Positions 38,302 to 51,003 of a stretch of DNA of 64,000 bases are shown here, one piece after another (position 1 is the first letter of the stretch; the number at the start of each line of letters is the position of its first letter). The notes beneath the pieces are model-generated. The model saw nothing but the letters and a program-made list of their open reading frames with translations, did not search any database and was not told the origin of the DNA. The stretch spans positions 52,266,001 to 52,330,000 of the forward strand of contig NC_086378.1 of NCBI RefSeq assembly GCF_036588685.1. The letters run 5' to 3'. The translations under genes were made by a program, and so were the position numbers. Origin of the DNA: Mytilus trossulus. Lineage: Eukaryota.

Positions 38302-38551
38302 AATCACGGGGTTGACACTACTTAAATTGTCAAATTGTAACCTATTGTAGTATTTTAATCAGTAAGACTTTCTAAGATAACAATACGAATACTAAAAATC
38401 TGGACTAAAAATAAGGCGTACAGTTTTCAATTTGTTAGTGGGCATGACGTTAAACACCGAATCAAAGATTTTAAATTTATTTATAACTGATACTAGGACT
38501 TGATTAAAAAAAACTCCATTCCAGGACCTTTTGTTTTCCAAATAATTTATA

Positions 38552-39157
38552 TTATACTGCACTCGTTCTATTTGAGCAGTCAAAATGCGTTGACTGTATA
38601 TTTATATTTCTATACAGTCACTGACCTGATATCACTTTTCCTCATGAATATTTTACCGAAATTGTAATTAATTATTCATACGACCTATTCAACCCGTTCT
38701 TGTTTCCAATGTATACAACGGCTCAAACTTATTTCTTTTACAATTTTTAGAAGAAAAAAATATTTCACTTAAATCATTATGTGTTATGCTTATTGTTGAT
38801 ATTTTAGTTCATTCTCAAACCATAATTCCTTAACCATCGATTAAGGGTTGCATTGGGAAATGTACATTTCATTGTGCTGTACATTTCTCCGCCTGCATGA
38901 TATGAGGCCTTTTTATAAAAAGGGGAGTTTCCCAATATTGAAATCAAATAATAGAATTAATACATTAAACAACAATTTAACATATTTTTTTAGATTGCAG
39001 TATAAAGACAATAATAGTGCATTGACTTGACATATCAACGATATAAGGATTCTGCACGAAACGGGGAAAATGCTCGGCATAGCCTCGCTTTCCCCGTTTC
39101 TAAACCTCATCCTTATATGGTTGATATGTCAAGTCAATGCACTATTATTGTCTATTT
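38552..39157 (-). mobile_element. long-hairpin element 3 (Crypton-like, opposite orientation)
   Basis: TTATACTGCA (38552) / TGCAGTATAA (38996-39005) brackets, followed directly by hairpin 39006-39153. Confidence 0.55.
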
Positions 39158-39399
39158 ACCAATAATTGATTCGACGGGTTAAAATAGAAGATTCGAAAGC
39201 AGAGAAAACTTTATCAGATGACAATACTACATGTAATACAAAAAAAAGGCTTGCGCATAGTTATATACTTTAGTTCAGTCACGGACCCGCGATATCACGG
39301 GTGTGTTCTAGTAACAATAAAATATGATAGACTTTCTAAATGGTTACAACAGTCCAAGAGTTGTACTGCTGTTTACCATTGTCTTAAAAAGGTTGATAC

Positions 39400-39488
39400 T
39401 CGTCCCTTCAGTTACCTTTTTTTTGTCTTTTTCTCGTCCCTTCAGTTACCTTTTTTTTTTTGTCTTTTTCTCGTCCCTTCAGTTACCC
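39400..39488. repeat. ~34-37-bp tandem repeat, 2.5 copies
   Basis: ctcgtcccttcagttacc occurs three times, separated by T-runs and gtc. Confidence 0.9.
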
Positions 39489-40794
39489 TTTATTAGGTTA
39501 GAATACAGCACATCATAGAGAAAAGTCTATGCTTTTTATTGCTATGAAAATGTCATACTTCACAGGTCCTTTATCATTTTACAATTTGCAATATATACCT
39601 GTACGAAGAACCAACATTTTTGTTATCATTTGCATATCACTTTTTTTAATATTCTTGACCCTTTTTATGTTCGGTTACCTATACAATTTCTTACATTTTG
39701 TGTGCGCAATTTTTTTTTTAAATGAGATGAAATATAGGGTGCTAACTGTGACAACTCATAAGTAATTCTTATATATAACGTAACAAATATACGGCTTATT
39801 AACGGATTGCACAGTGTTTATCAACATCAGTTCACTCATCATAATCAATGAACTGTAAAAATGTCAACTAAACATTAATATCCTAAATTCTAATTTATAT
39901 CATAAGGATTTTTCTAATGAATAACTTTTTTTATATATCAGACTCTCAAAAACTCTGTTGATTAAAAACAGCTCTTGTTATTTCATATTATCTTTGGTTG
40001 GCCAATTTTTCATCATATTTGTTTATCGTTTCTTTTCCGTGTAATCAATCGGTATAGATGAACAATCGTTTCTGACAATAACAAAACGGGGCATCATTCG
40101 AAACCAAGGATTCTGATGTGATAAGAATTGTTCCCCTTTGCACAGTTTAACGGGAAATTTCAAACGAACGAGATATCGAATGATTATGATTATAGAAAAA
40201 AAACTAAATATAACGATAATGATTTACAGCCAAACACCAACTCACAGAATAAATTTAAATCTAATGTCTCTATATAACGGATTGTGTTGAGATGTTCATT
40301 TGCCTAATATGTAATGTATGAATAAAGGAAATGAAAATAATTCTTGAGATTGCGTTTGATTTTTTTAATGTTCATTATTGTTCTCTTCATCGTATAAAGC
40401 CCTTCCAGCTTTCATGAAATTGTTTCCACATGATATCTCCTTTAAAAAAAAAAACAGACTATCGATATATCATGATGTCTTTTCAAAGGACTTTAAGACC
40501 AACGATGACTGATGAAATAAGAAAATAAGCATGACTTTCACATGCCCCCCTTTTCCCCTCCAAATAACTGTGTTGCTGTAGTACTCAGCTATATTCAAAA
40601 ATATTAAATATGTCGTTCATATAACTACTCATCCGTTTTAGCAAAATCTTAAGATGAAATAGATAGTTACACGCGGGACTTTTTTTCTTTGCAGGCCTAT
40701 TAAAAAGGCAAAGTTACAGTGTTTTCCATGACGGAAATTCTGGTTAATTTTACATTTCGTACCATAATATTGTATCGTTATCAGACGAAGACAT

Positions 40795-41500
40795 AGACAA
40801 TAACTGTTTAGTGTCTTTAAATATCAGCTGTATTCGTACGAGGTTAGGAAACAAGGTGTATGCGAGCTTTTAGCGAGTTAGTACACCTGTTTCAAGCCGA
40901 GTACAAATACAGCTGATATTTAAAGACACTAAACAGTTATTGTCTTTATCCTGCAATTAGTTCTGTATATTGTGTGTGTTTTGAAAGACACAAAAACTAA
41001 CATATTTAGCATTTATTTTCGATTTGTAATCCCTTGAGGCCCGCGTAGAAATATCAAAAATATAAATATCACACATAACGCTGTGTTCGCAAAAAAAGCA
41101 TCTAGAATGGTCAACAATAATACATCGCTCAAGGTGAATAATTATCTCTTTTAACATTACAACTAATTTCAACAGTAAAAACAAAAAACAAAACATTGCA
41201 AATTTAAACAGAAGTGTACGAGTTGTCCTTCGCTTTAGACTTGACATTCACTAAACATGCTTGCTGAAATTGACATGGTTGATTTTGTAACTCAATCATA
41301 TTCAAGTTTTGAAATCGGCAATTGTCATCGCCATTGGAATGCAACTGAATTACACATTCTGAAGTCACACAGGTTAAAACAATTCTCAGACCGGCAGTAG
41401 GTGGAGCCTTAAAGCGATATCTGTATAGTATACAGATACAGCATAGCGATATATATGTAGGGCTGTGTCTGTATAGTAGGACACCCAATTACAGGATAAA
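40795..41500 (+). mobile_element. long-hairpin element 4 (Crypton-like)
   Basis: Hairpin 40795-40945; TTATCCTGCAATT / AATTACAGGATAA brackets. Confidence 0.55.
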
Positions 41501-42744
41501 AATCTTTATTTTATCAGATAACGAACTGTGTAGACACAATCCAGTTAAGTCGATCAAAGATGAAGTCAAATAAACAAATAATTTATTTCAGCGAAAATAG
41601 GGTTGATCTGTTAAATCATTTTTCGCTATTGAAAACTGTAAGAGGTAGACACAATTTTCACTCTTTTTTTGTGTACTAGCATGTAAGCACAAAGCGGTTA
41701 CATTCATACACAATTTTACCGGACAAAACAGTTATAAAAATATTCCAAAAGGTTCTTGTAAGTGTACCAAATTAATTTACAATACAAACGAAAGAAAATC
41801 AAAATTCCTGAAGTTCATATTTGAAGCTACCCTTTAACATAAAATATTGACCAAGGTATCCACCTCCTTTATAAAATGAACAATTCTAAATGAAAGTGGA
41901 AGACACTTAATTGTTGACGTGAGTGTATAATGAAAGCAACTAAAAACCATTACACTTAACTCGAAAGGTTATTGCATGTGCATTTTAATCACATTTTAAA
42001 CACATAAAACATCTCGTGATTTAATTTGCATAACTATTAGGCAGTAGGATAAAAGGATAATTGTACAAATTTTGGGTATACCCATGCTTCACAGTATTCA
42101 AATGAGTGCATGACATTTCAGGTTATTCATGAATGACCTCCTACACTCTCAATTTCTATGATATAATTTTTCTAATCTGTTTTATTAAAAGCTATAAAAC
42201 AGTGTTATAATGAAGTGGTGCTGACAAGATTTTTGTCATGTTTGCTAGATGGATGGACATACAAATCAGCATTTAAAACGGACATTATAATTGTGTACAG
42301 ATGATATGATTTCTACATATTTTTATATACTTTGTTGTACATATCAATGTTTTGCATATCATTCGAAAGGAAATCAGACAAACACATTAATAAAATAAAA
42401 GAGTTTGTGTTTTGTATAATATTATAATGTAAAGAAAAACGTTGCCCATTTCGATGCCTATAACGTAATTTAATTATGGGTCGATGCCTCTGCTGGTGGA
42501 CTGTTAGTCCCCGAGGGTATCACCAGGCCAGTAGCCAGTAATTCGGTTCTGGCATGAAAATACGGATTGTTTGTGTTATTAAAATTTGCTGTTACAAATT
42601 GTTAAAAATTATTATAAATTAAGAAATGTATCTCCCTCATGCAAGGCTCTGATTCCTTTCACAGATTTGGCTATACTTTTTGAACCTTTCGGATTATAGC
42701 TATTCATCTTTTATAAACTTTTGATTTCTGTTATTTTGGCCACG

Positions 42745-42789
42745 AGAAACACTGAAGAGACATATTTTGTCGAAATGCGCATCTGGTGC
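42745..42789 (+). ncRNA. type I hammerhead ribozyme, second subfamily (core intact, stem I weakened)
   Basis: CTGAAGA-GACA tattt TGTC-GAAA-TGCGCA-TC-TGGTGC, at the end of a ~340-bp repeat monomer (~42476-42815). Confidence 0.7.
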
Positions 42790-43621
42790 AGAAAAATTGG
42801 TTTCATTTATGTTATTTTAATGTGTGGTTATAATGTCGTTTTGATAGCGTCTTTGAAATCACAGTGCGGATTAATTAGTAGTCTAATATAGTTATCAAAG
42901 GTATCAATTTAAATGTGATAAATAGTTACAACAGTATTGTACACAATTGACGAAAAATTGTACATATCATAAAGAAGTCATAACTATATAACTGCAGTTT
43001 TACTTTCGAAACATCGACAATTTTCCTCTGTCCAATAATAAAAAGTCCCGATGGAAAAAGTTACACATAGAAAAAAATGGAGGCTATTCATTAAATGAAT
43101 TGGTACTTGATTACTAATTTTGTAGCTCCTTTTAAATGATATGAAAAGAAATAACATTTAATTTCCTCTAAATTGATATGTTATATTTTTTTATTTGAAC
43201 TGCAGGTAGAAAATACGTTATGATTTAAGATGTTCGATGACATGTTTCCATAACTGTAAATTGATGTTCGCGTTCATGGTACCCTAAACTGTAAAAATAG
43301 ATTCTTGCATATTTGGCATAAAATGAATTTCATGAAATGGTCTGGTCTATATAAAAAGTCTTATAAAGTTTTAAATATTCATCAAAATAGATCTCCATTG
43401 TATAAACAATCATTATTAGTTAACAAGACATTAAACTCGGATGCAATGTTCTCAGTCATAAAATTTTGCTCTTTACTCGGAGAACATAATATGAGCTTTA
43501 AACACCTCAAGTGTTAACTTACATACAAATGTTTACCTAAATCAAAATATCCTTCTCCCACGTCAACAATTGCACTTTAAAAAAATCAAACTAACAACAT
43601 TGTAAAAATTTCTGGATTAAG

Positions 43622-43900
43622 CTTTTTCCCCCATTTATGAGAGTTCTGTTTTCAGGTCTGTGCGTCCATTCGTCCGTCCGTTCGTTAGTTTGTCCGTCCC
43701 GCTTCAGGTTTAAGTTTTTTGGTCGAGGTAGTTTTTGATGAAGTTGAAGTCCAATCAACTTCAAAAATTAGTAAACATCTTTCCTATGATATGATCTTTC
43801 CAATTTTGATGGCCAATTAGAGATTTTATCCAATTTTCACCGGCCACAGAACATAGAACAAGATAATGGGGCATCCGTGTACTTGGGACACATTCTTCTT
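43622..43900 (+). mobile_element. non-autonomous Helentron/DINE-like element
   Basis: T-rich ends, a (GTCC)n-type microsatellite at ~43660-43700, subterminal gcccca/tggggc inverted motifs and a short 3' stem-loop (tgtgtac...ggacaca-like). Confidence 0.6.
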
Positions 43901-44870
43901 TTGGTTTTTTTTTAACTACGAATTTAAAACTATCTCGTCATGTTTTTTATGATCAGTCACGTTTTTCTTTTTAACTATTACATAATGCATTGCCAAATAA
44001 AAAAAAAAATTTATTGAAATGTTGACCTTTGACCGTTGAACCTTTGACCTTAACGAAAATTGAAGATATTTCGTTAAAATCCATGAAATAAAAAATTACA
44101 GATAATAATATATTGTTTGTTATGGTATTACGCTGTGTGCATGTTGTTGCATCACAATATGGAATGGTTCTTTAAATAAGATTGTTTTTAAATTTAACTC
44201 GACTGTAAGTGAGAGAAAATTATTTCATTATTTGAATTTTGAATGCTTTTAATGATTAACAGTAAGAATGAATTCTGATTGAAGCCCCAAAAAACAACAT
44301 TTATTGAAACAACACTAACATTAGTTTTAGCAATGGGATAAACAAATTGTCCAAATTCAATTCCGTACTTTGATGAAATCAAATATAAATATGCCGGAAA
44401 TCGTTTGCTCCTATATGTAGTTTAATGAAAAATCACGATCGATCAAAATTAAAACCAGAATGAAATTAAACAACCGCCTTGTTAGTGAAGTTTCTCACAG
44501 CTATAGTATCAGTGAGAATATACTAGACAAACTTATTCCATCATTCAATGATGCTCATTCATTTAAAATTCACCGTTTAGAACAAGATCATGGCAAATTG
44601 AGATGAATTATAGAACATTTGTGTACTATAACCAACGTATTTTGAATTTTTAAAAAATCCCGGAAACGTAACCTACTTTGCTTAAATTCATTGTTAATGA
44701 GGAACAATTATATTCCAAATGTGCTTTTTTTATCTGATTTCAAACGGTTTGAAAATTATACAGGAACATTATTTCTGTTTTAACCGGAAGAAATGATTGT
44801 TATGTTTTAATCAATTAATATGTTAATATGACATAAATTTTAATTTTGATCATATCACCAATGTCTAGAT

Positions 44871-46031
44871 ATGAATACTAACAATACTGGCAGTAATATT
44901 ACATTTTCGGAATGGAATGATGAAATGACAAGAAGCTTGATACCAAACATAATCGTACTTTCTGTCTATCTCGTTCTTGGAATATGTGGAAACTTCATTG
45001 TTTTATTAGTGTATGGGTTTCAGATCAAGGAACCATCAGAAGAGCGGTATTTTATACCAGTTTTAGCGACATTTGACATGACAGCAACAGTGTACCTTGC
45101 AGTGAATTATATATTCCAGTGTTTTTATCAAGTTACTTTTTCAAACAATTTTGTATGCAAGACCCTCGTGTTTATCACAGGCCTTGCTACTACCAATCCG
45201 GTTTTAATATTGGTAATTATTGCTGTCCAGCGATACATGAAAATATGTGTCCCTTTTAAACAATCTATGTCGATTTTGATGAAACGAATTTCATTGGTAT
45301 TTACAAACGTCGTTTCCTTACTTTACGCCATACCTTTACCGTTTGTGTATGGTTCTGTTCCTTATCGCAGCGTCAGGTATGGAATATCAGGAATGAGATG
45401 TGGGAGGTTGAGAGAAGGGCATGTTTTCATGAGTAATTTACACGCGATTGTGGCTTGTGTATTAGTTTTTGTTATAGTAATAACACTTACCATACTTTAT
45501 GGCAGAATCGGATATACAGTTTTTCGTAATTTAGAAATGAAAAAACGCTTTACTATTGATGACAAAAATATCGAAGCAAATTCTGAAGGCGTAAGTACAG
45601 AGGTGCGAGATGACGTTGTGTCAACCACAACAGATAAAACATCAAATCTTTCTCAAGATAAGTATGACGGACTACGACCAATGGAAACGAACGAAAAGCC
45701 AACTGCATCCAAGAAACGAAGAAAACACAATCGTCGTGTTAGCCATAAACTCACAATTATGTTTCTTGTTATAACTATAGTATTTTTACTTTGTTTTCTA
45801 CCAAAAGTGATAATTTTACTTCTTGAAGGAATGTACGAAGATTTTTGGGAACAATTATCAATCTTACAGAGACCGGTCGTGATGCTTTTCTACCATATGT
45901 TTGTAATCAATAACATTGTGAACCCAATAATATATGCTTTTATGGATATCAAGTTTCGAAATGAAGCAGCGACACTTTTAAACTGTATGTTTAGAAAGCC
46001 GTATATTTGTTGTAGAAGATCTAAACTCTAA
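44871..46031 (+). CDS. orphan class A GPCR, copy 1 (cholecystokinin/orexin-receptor-like invertebrate family, 386 aa)
   Basis: 7TM pattern with GN in TM1, ERYFIPVLATFD in TM2, CK at the TM3 start, AVQRY, ECL2 Cys (MRCG), long polar ICL3, CFLP in TM6 and NPIIYAF..FR in TM7/H8. Confidence 0.92.
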   Translation: MNTNNTGSNITFSEWNDEMTRSLIPNIIVLSVYLVLGICGNFIVLLVYGFQIKEPSEERYFIPVLATFDMTATVYLAVNYIFQCFYQVTFSNNFVCKTLVFITGLATTNPVLILVIIAVQRYMKICVPFKQSMSILMKRISLVFTNVVSLLYAIPLPFVYGSVPYRSVRYGISGMRCGRLREGHVFMSNLHAIVACVLVFVIVITLTILYGRIGYTVFRNLEMKKRFTIDDKNIEANSEGVSTEVRDDVVSTTTDKTSNLSQDKYDGLRPMETNEKPTASKKRRKHNRRVSHKLTIMFLVITIVFLLCFLPKVIILLLEGMYEDFWEQLSILQRPVVMLFYHMFVINNIVNPIIYAFMDIKFRNEAATLLNCMFRKPYICCRRSKL

Positions 46032-46802
46032 AACAATGCATCGCTAGGTTGACCGAAAGTGTATATTTTTATTTTTTTTATTTTCATTAGTACATCTGAT
46101 CAAACAAGAAAAGACAGCAATAAGCTATCGTTGTAAGTCATTATCTCCTTGTATGTTCTTACTAAAAAAAAACAGATTTCTACTCTTCTGAGATTTAAAT
46201 ATCAAACAAAGATATAATACACATGTACTTTCTTTAAAAATATCCATATAGACGTAAACACTTTCAGAAAAATACTGGGCAAAACTAATGTGAAATGAAA
46301 GATTAAAAGGTTTTGTCTTTATCTGTTTCGCACTTTTTTTAAATAATCATAGACATAAGAATATGGAAAGATGATATGGAATAATAGAGTAAAATATTAC
46401 AATGAACATATCTACACTTTACCGTCTTAGGTTTAAACTATGCTATGTCCATTCTTTTATTTTGAAGAAATAAAGCTTATTCACATCTACAAAGAAATAT
46501 GTTGATCTAATATTTCGACCTCAAGGGCTTTTGTTAAAGCTTGTTGAAAAAAATTTGAAACATCCAGATCAAGTTAGGACGTCTCATTTTGTGTTTACGT
46601 TTGTTTTCGTATTTAGATGTTACACTTGTTTGGATTGTTAATTTTGTATGAGTTTGCGTTTATAAGGAAATATTAAAGGTTTGATTCATTTCTATGGTAC
46701 TAATAAACAAGTCACTATCATCGAATACAACATTTGGATGTATGGGTGTGTGGATGTTGTCGTTAAACTCAAACGAGGCGCTTTCATATTACGGGTGCCG
46801 TT

Positions 46803-48025
46803 TAATAAAATTGAGAAAGGAAATGGTGAACATGTCAAAGCGACAACCACCCGACCATAGAGCAAACAACAGCCGAAGGCAACCAATGGGTCTTCAATGT
46901 AGCTAGAATTCCCGCACCCGTAGGTGTCCTTCAGCTGGCCCCTAAAATATGCATAAAAGTACAGTGATAATGGACGTCATACTAAACTCCGAATCATACA
47001 CAAGAAACTAAAATTTAAAATCATACAAGACTAACAAAGGCCAGAGGCTCCTGACTTGGGACAGGCGCAAAATTGCGGCGGGGTTAAACATGTTTATGAG
47101 ATCTCAACCCTCCCCCCTATACCTCTAACTAAGGGTACCCAAATTGCACCGAGTACCCAAATTGCACCTATTTAGAAAAAAATTGCAACAAAAATCTTAC
47201 AAGATTTCCTAGAGACTAAACAATTTGTATTTTTATGATTTGATACTATGCACGTCTTTCAACATAGGTAAACATATTTAGATATACACAAAACGTTCAC
47301 AGTTTTTATCAACAGATGGACAGTTTACTGAAAAAGCAAAATGTACGAAAACGTCACCATGCGACGTCATCAAAACGTCATCTTTTTAAAATTAGCAAAT
47401 ACAATATATTATAAGTATCCATTTCGTAAAATATGAAGAGTAAGCATGGACAAATATCCAATTGTTCAAAATACTTGAAGAAATTAAACAAAAGCCCGGT
47501 TATTAGACTTTTGACGATGTGAATTTCAGCATGGATGCAATTTGGGTACTCCTCATTACAGAATCATGGATAGTTTGGAGGTTGATTCAAACCAATTTTT
47601 CAATGACTCAATATGGATTAAAATTTAAATTGATGTACCTATACAATCAAGAAGGATAGGGCTACAAAATAAACACAGTATGAACATTTTTTTCTTGATC
47701 ATAAAAAAACGTAGGTGAAAAAGCTGCCAAAATAGGTGCAATTTGGGTACCGTCACGTTAGCCAATGTAGAAAAGTAAAAGAATAACAATACACACATTA
47801 AAATTCAGTTCAAGAGAAGTCCGAGTCCGATGTCAAAAGATGTAACAAAAGAAAATAAATAAAATGACAATAATACATAAATAACAACAGACTACTAGCA
47901 GTTAACTGACATGCCAGCTCCAGACCTCAATTAAACTGATTGAAAGATTATGTCTTCATCATATGAATATCAGGTACAATCCCTCCCGTTTGGGGTTTAG
48001 TATCATACTATCATAAAATATATGA
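46803..48025 (-). mobile_element. family A PLE-associated 3' repeat interrupted by a MITE
   Basis: Reverse complement of ~29770-30360, split at a TA by the 47128-47758 insertion. Confidence 0.85.
47128..47758. mobile_element. MITE with GGTACCCAAATTGCACC inverted ends and TA target duplication (Tc1/mariner-pogo-like)
   Basis: TA at 47126-47127 and 47759-47760. The uninterrupted host sequence is visible at ~30021-30043. Confidence 0.8.
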
Positions 48026-48672
48026 TAAAACTGTTTTTAATTTATAATGTCCTTTTTAATTTTTTTTTCATTCTTTGATTATGATAGCTCATTGGTTTAT
48101 AGAAATTCTCAAAGTACAATATTTATACATTTAAATGATTGCAAATAACCACCGAGGATCATCTGTACAAAAAAACCCGGTTATTTTCAATTTCATAGAA
48201 ATTGGGAAATGGTTAAAAATATAAAACAACATCTAAATGTTTCATTTTGTTATTCGAAGTGTTTTAATATAAGGTAAAGAAGAATTATATGATTTTAACA
48301 CTTATGCACTACCAATATAACAGCCTATGTTAAACGTACTCTACATTTCGTCTTAGTACGTCTATGAACGTCTTTTGCTGATGATTTGTGCTATGCAGTT
48401 CAGGTAATGAAGCGCTCAGATGAACGATACACTTTTCAGCTTTCTTTGATATAATGGCGACAATATATCAATTTCGTTGTTTCGCTTTGAAATTGATGTC
48501 CTTGGAATCTTTTATTTGACCATTTAAGATCCTTTAAAAGGGATTATTCTATTGCTGTTCAGACATTGAGCCTGTCCTTTTTAGGAAAAGAATATCTATT
48601 CGCTTATTTGCAGTTTAAAACTATACTATTTTTTTTCTTATTTAAATTATGTACGATTATGTAATGGCAATT

Positions 48673-48861
48673 GTACTTGATCATGTCTTCTGGTACTAAT
48701 TATCATGATGCTAATGTAACTTACTACTATAAAGAAACTATTACAAACATGAAGAACTGAAAAAAATGGTACTTGATCATGTCTTCCGATGCTAATTATC
48801 ATGCTAATGTTACCTACTATAAAGAAACTATTGCAAACATGAAGAACTGAAAAGAATGTAC
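48673..48861. repeat. ~95-bp tandem duplication (2 copies)
   Basis: gtacttgatcatgtcttc...tactataaagaaactatt.caaacatgaagaactgaaaa occurs twice. Confidence 0.9.
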
Positions 48862-49832
48862 TACTATGGATTCATTTATTTTCGTGGGTACCAATTTCTG
48901 TGTATTTAGGAAAGCTAACATGTTTGTGGTTATTTTATTTTGTGATTTTGTCGTTGTCTGCGTACAAGGACATAGACAAATTGTTATTCCTTGAACTTTT
49001 ATTTTCGTGGTTCACCTGTATCCACGAAATCTACAAAAATTGATATTCAACTAATAGTAATAAATTTTCAGTAAATATAAAACTAAAATATCAGAACACA
49101 AATAGGAAAAGCTTTGATACTGAAAAATAGTGACCAAATAATTCCGACATTTAACAATTGTCAAGGGTAGTTGAAAAGACGTATAAAACATCTAGATCAT
49201 ACTATAGTGTTTATAAGTGGGGTGAATGCTTTCAGCCTTATCTCTATATGGCTTTTGGTTTTTAGTGTCTTTTTATTTCAGGACTTAAATGCAACCGTGT
49301 ATTGCCTTTCTTCAATATTCAAGTAAATACCATGTAAAACAATATGTGAGCAAATGTAATACCGACAGCATGCGATATAAAATCATTTGCTCTTGATCTG
49401 ATTACGTATTGCTCACAAAACTTTATCCATAATATTTTCTGTTATCATAAATGTATCAATTTATTGTTCATGATTATATATTCATGTAATCTCTACAAAG
49501 AGGAAATAAAGATATGAGTGAATGAATGAATGAGCGTGTGGTGTTTGTGTGTTTTGTTTTACTCAATGTTTCATTATTTTTCAGGTGCGTGCCTAACAGT
49601 TATCGCCTTTTTTTTCTGTTTCATAATCGCATTTACCTTTTTATTTAAATTCTTTCATTCGGAAAGATATACCTTGTGGTAGAAATGATTATGTCACAAG
49701 GACATTTTTGTTTTGCAAGTTTCCTGGATATTGGATTACAAACTTAAACCCATGGTTTCATAGAAATACGAAAATCTTTAATACATTATAGGACTATATA
49801 TATTTCAAATTGATTTGAGTGCAGGGATCAAT

Positions 49833-51003
49833 ATGAATAATGACACTATTCCCAATAATATAACTTTATCAGAATGGAACATGGAAATAACGACCAGCTT
49901 ATTGCCAAACATCATCATACTTTCCGTGTATCTTGCTCTTGGTATCTTTGGAAACGTCTTTGTGTTGATGGTTATGCATTTCAGATGAAGAAGGCATCAG
50001 ATGAAAGATATTTCATACCAGTTTTAGCTTTATTTGATATGATAGCAACAATATATCTTGGAGTTCATTATATAGTTCAGTGTTTCTATCAGACGACATT
50101 TTCAAACAATATCTTATGCAAGACACTCGTGTTCTTTGTTGCAAATACTACTTATTACTCAGTTTTCATATTATTTATTATTGCAATTCAGAGATACATG
50201 AAACTTTGTATGCTTCAAAAACCATCTATGTCGATTTTGATGAGAAGAACTGCATTGTTTCTGGCCATTCTCTTATCCATTCTGTTCGCTTTACCGTTAC
50301 TATTTTTATACGGCATCATTAAATACAAAAGCACTAAGTATGGTATCTCAGGAATGAGGTGTGGAAGATTGAAAGAAGGAAATTATTTAATCATGACTTT
50401 ATATTCAATTGGATTTGGTATGTACGTCTTCGTCTTAGTAACAACACTTATCGTCATTTACAGCAAAATTCTAAAAACTGTGTTTCGTAACTTAAAGGAA
50501 CACAAAAGTGACACCACATCTAAGAAAGAAATCGAAAAGACAGATGAAGATGAAAGTCGTCTTGATATTGGTTGTAAAGAAATTGAGGTGAGCATCACAG
50601 CTGCAAAGGCAGCAAAACAGGCAATGCTTCCAGAAACTTCGACAGATTCTGTCGGACAGCACGTCAGTAAAAACCCTGTAGCAAATACTGTGGAATCAGC
50701 TCTATCCGGGAAACGAAGAACACGAAATGAATAACTCGCAAAGTCACAATTATGTTTTTTATCATCACGACAGTATTTGTACTTTGTTATATACCAAAGG
50801 TTACAATTCTGTGTCTTGAAGGAATCTACGATGGGTTTTGGGAAAATATGTCCTCCTCGCTAAGACCTGCTGTGACCTTCCTATATCATATCTTCATTAT
50901 CAATAATATAGTAAACCCTTTGATTTACGCTTTTATGGACATCGAGTTTCGGGATAACGCAGTAATTGTATTGAAACACATGTTTAATTTGTGTATAAAA
51001 TAA
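49833..51003 (+). pseudogene. orphan class A GPCR, copy 2, broken by two single-base deletions (recent pseudogene or assembly indel errors)
   Basis: Near-identical to 58160-59335 from ATG to stop. One nt is missing at ~49972 (atg gttat vs atg gtg tat) and one at ~50730 (gaata vs gaaata). Restoring both gives a 390-aa ORF. Track ORFs 49874..50734 and 50752..51003 are its pieces. Confidence 0.85.
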
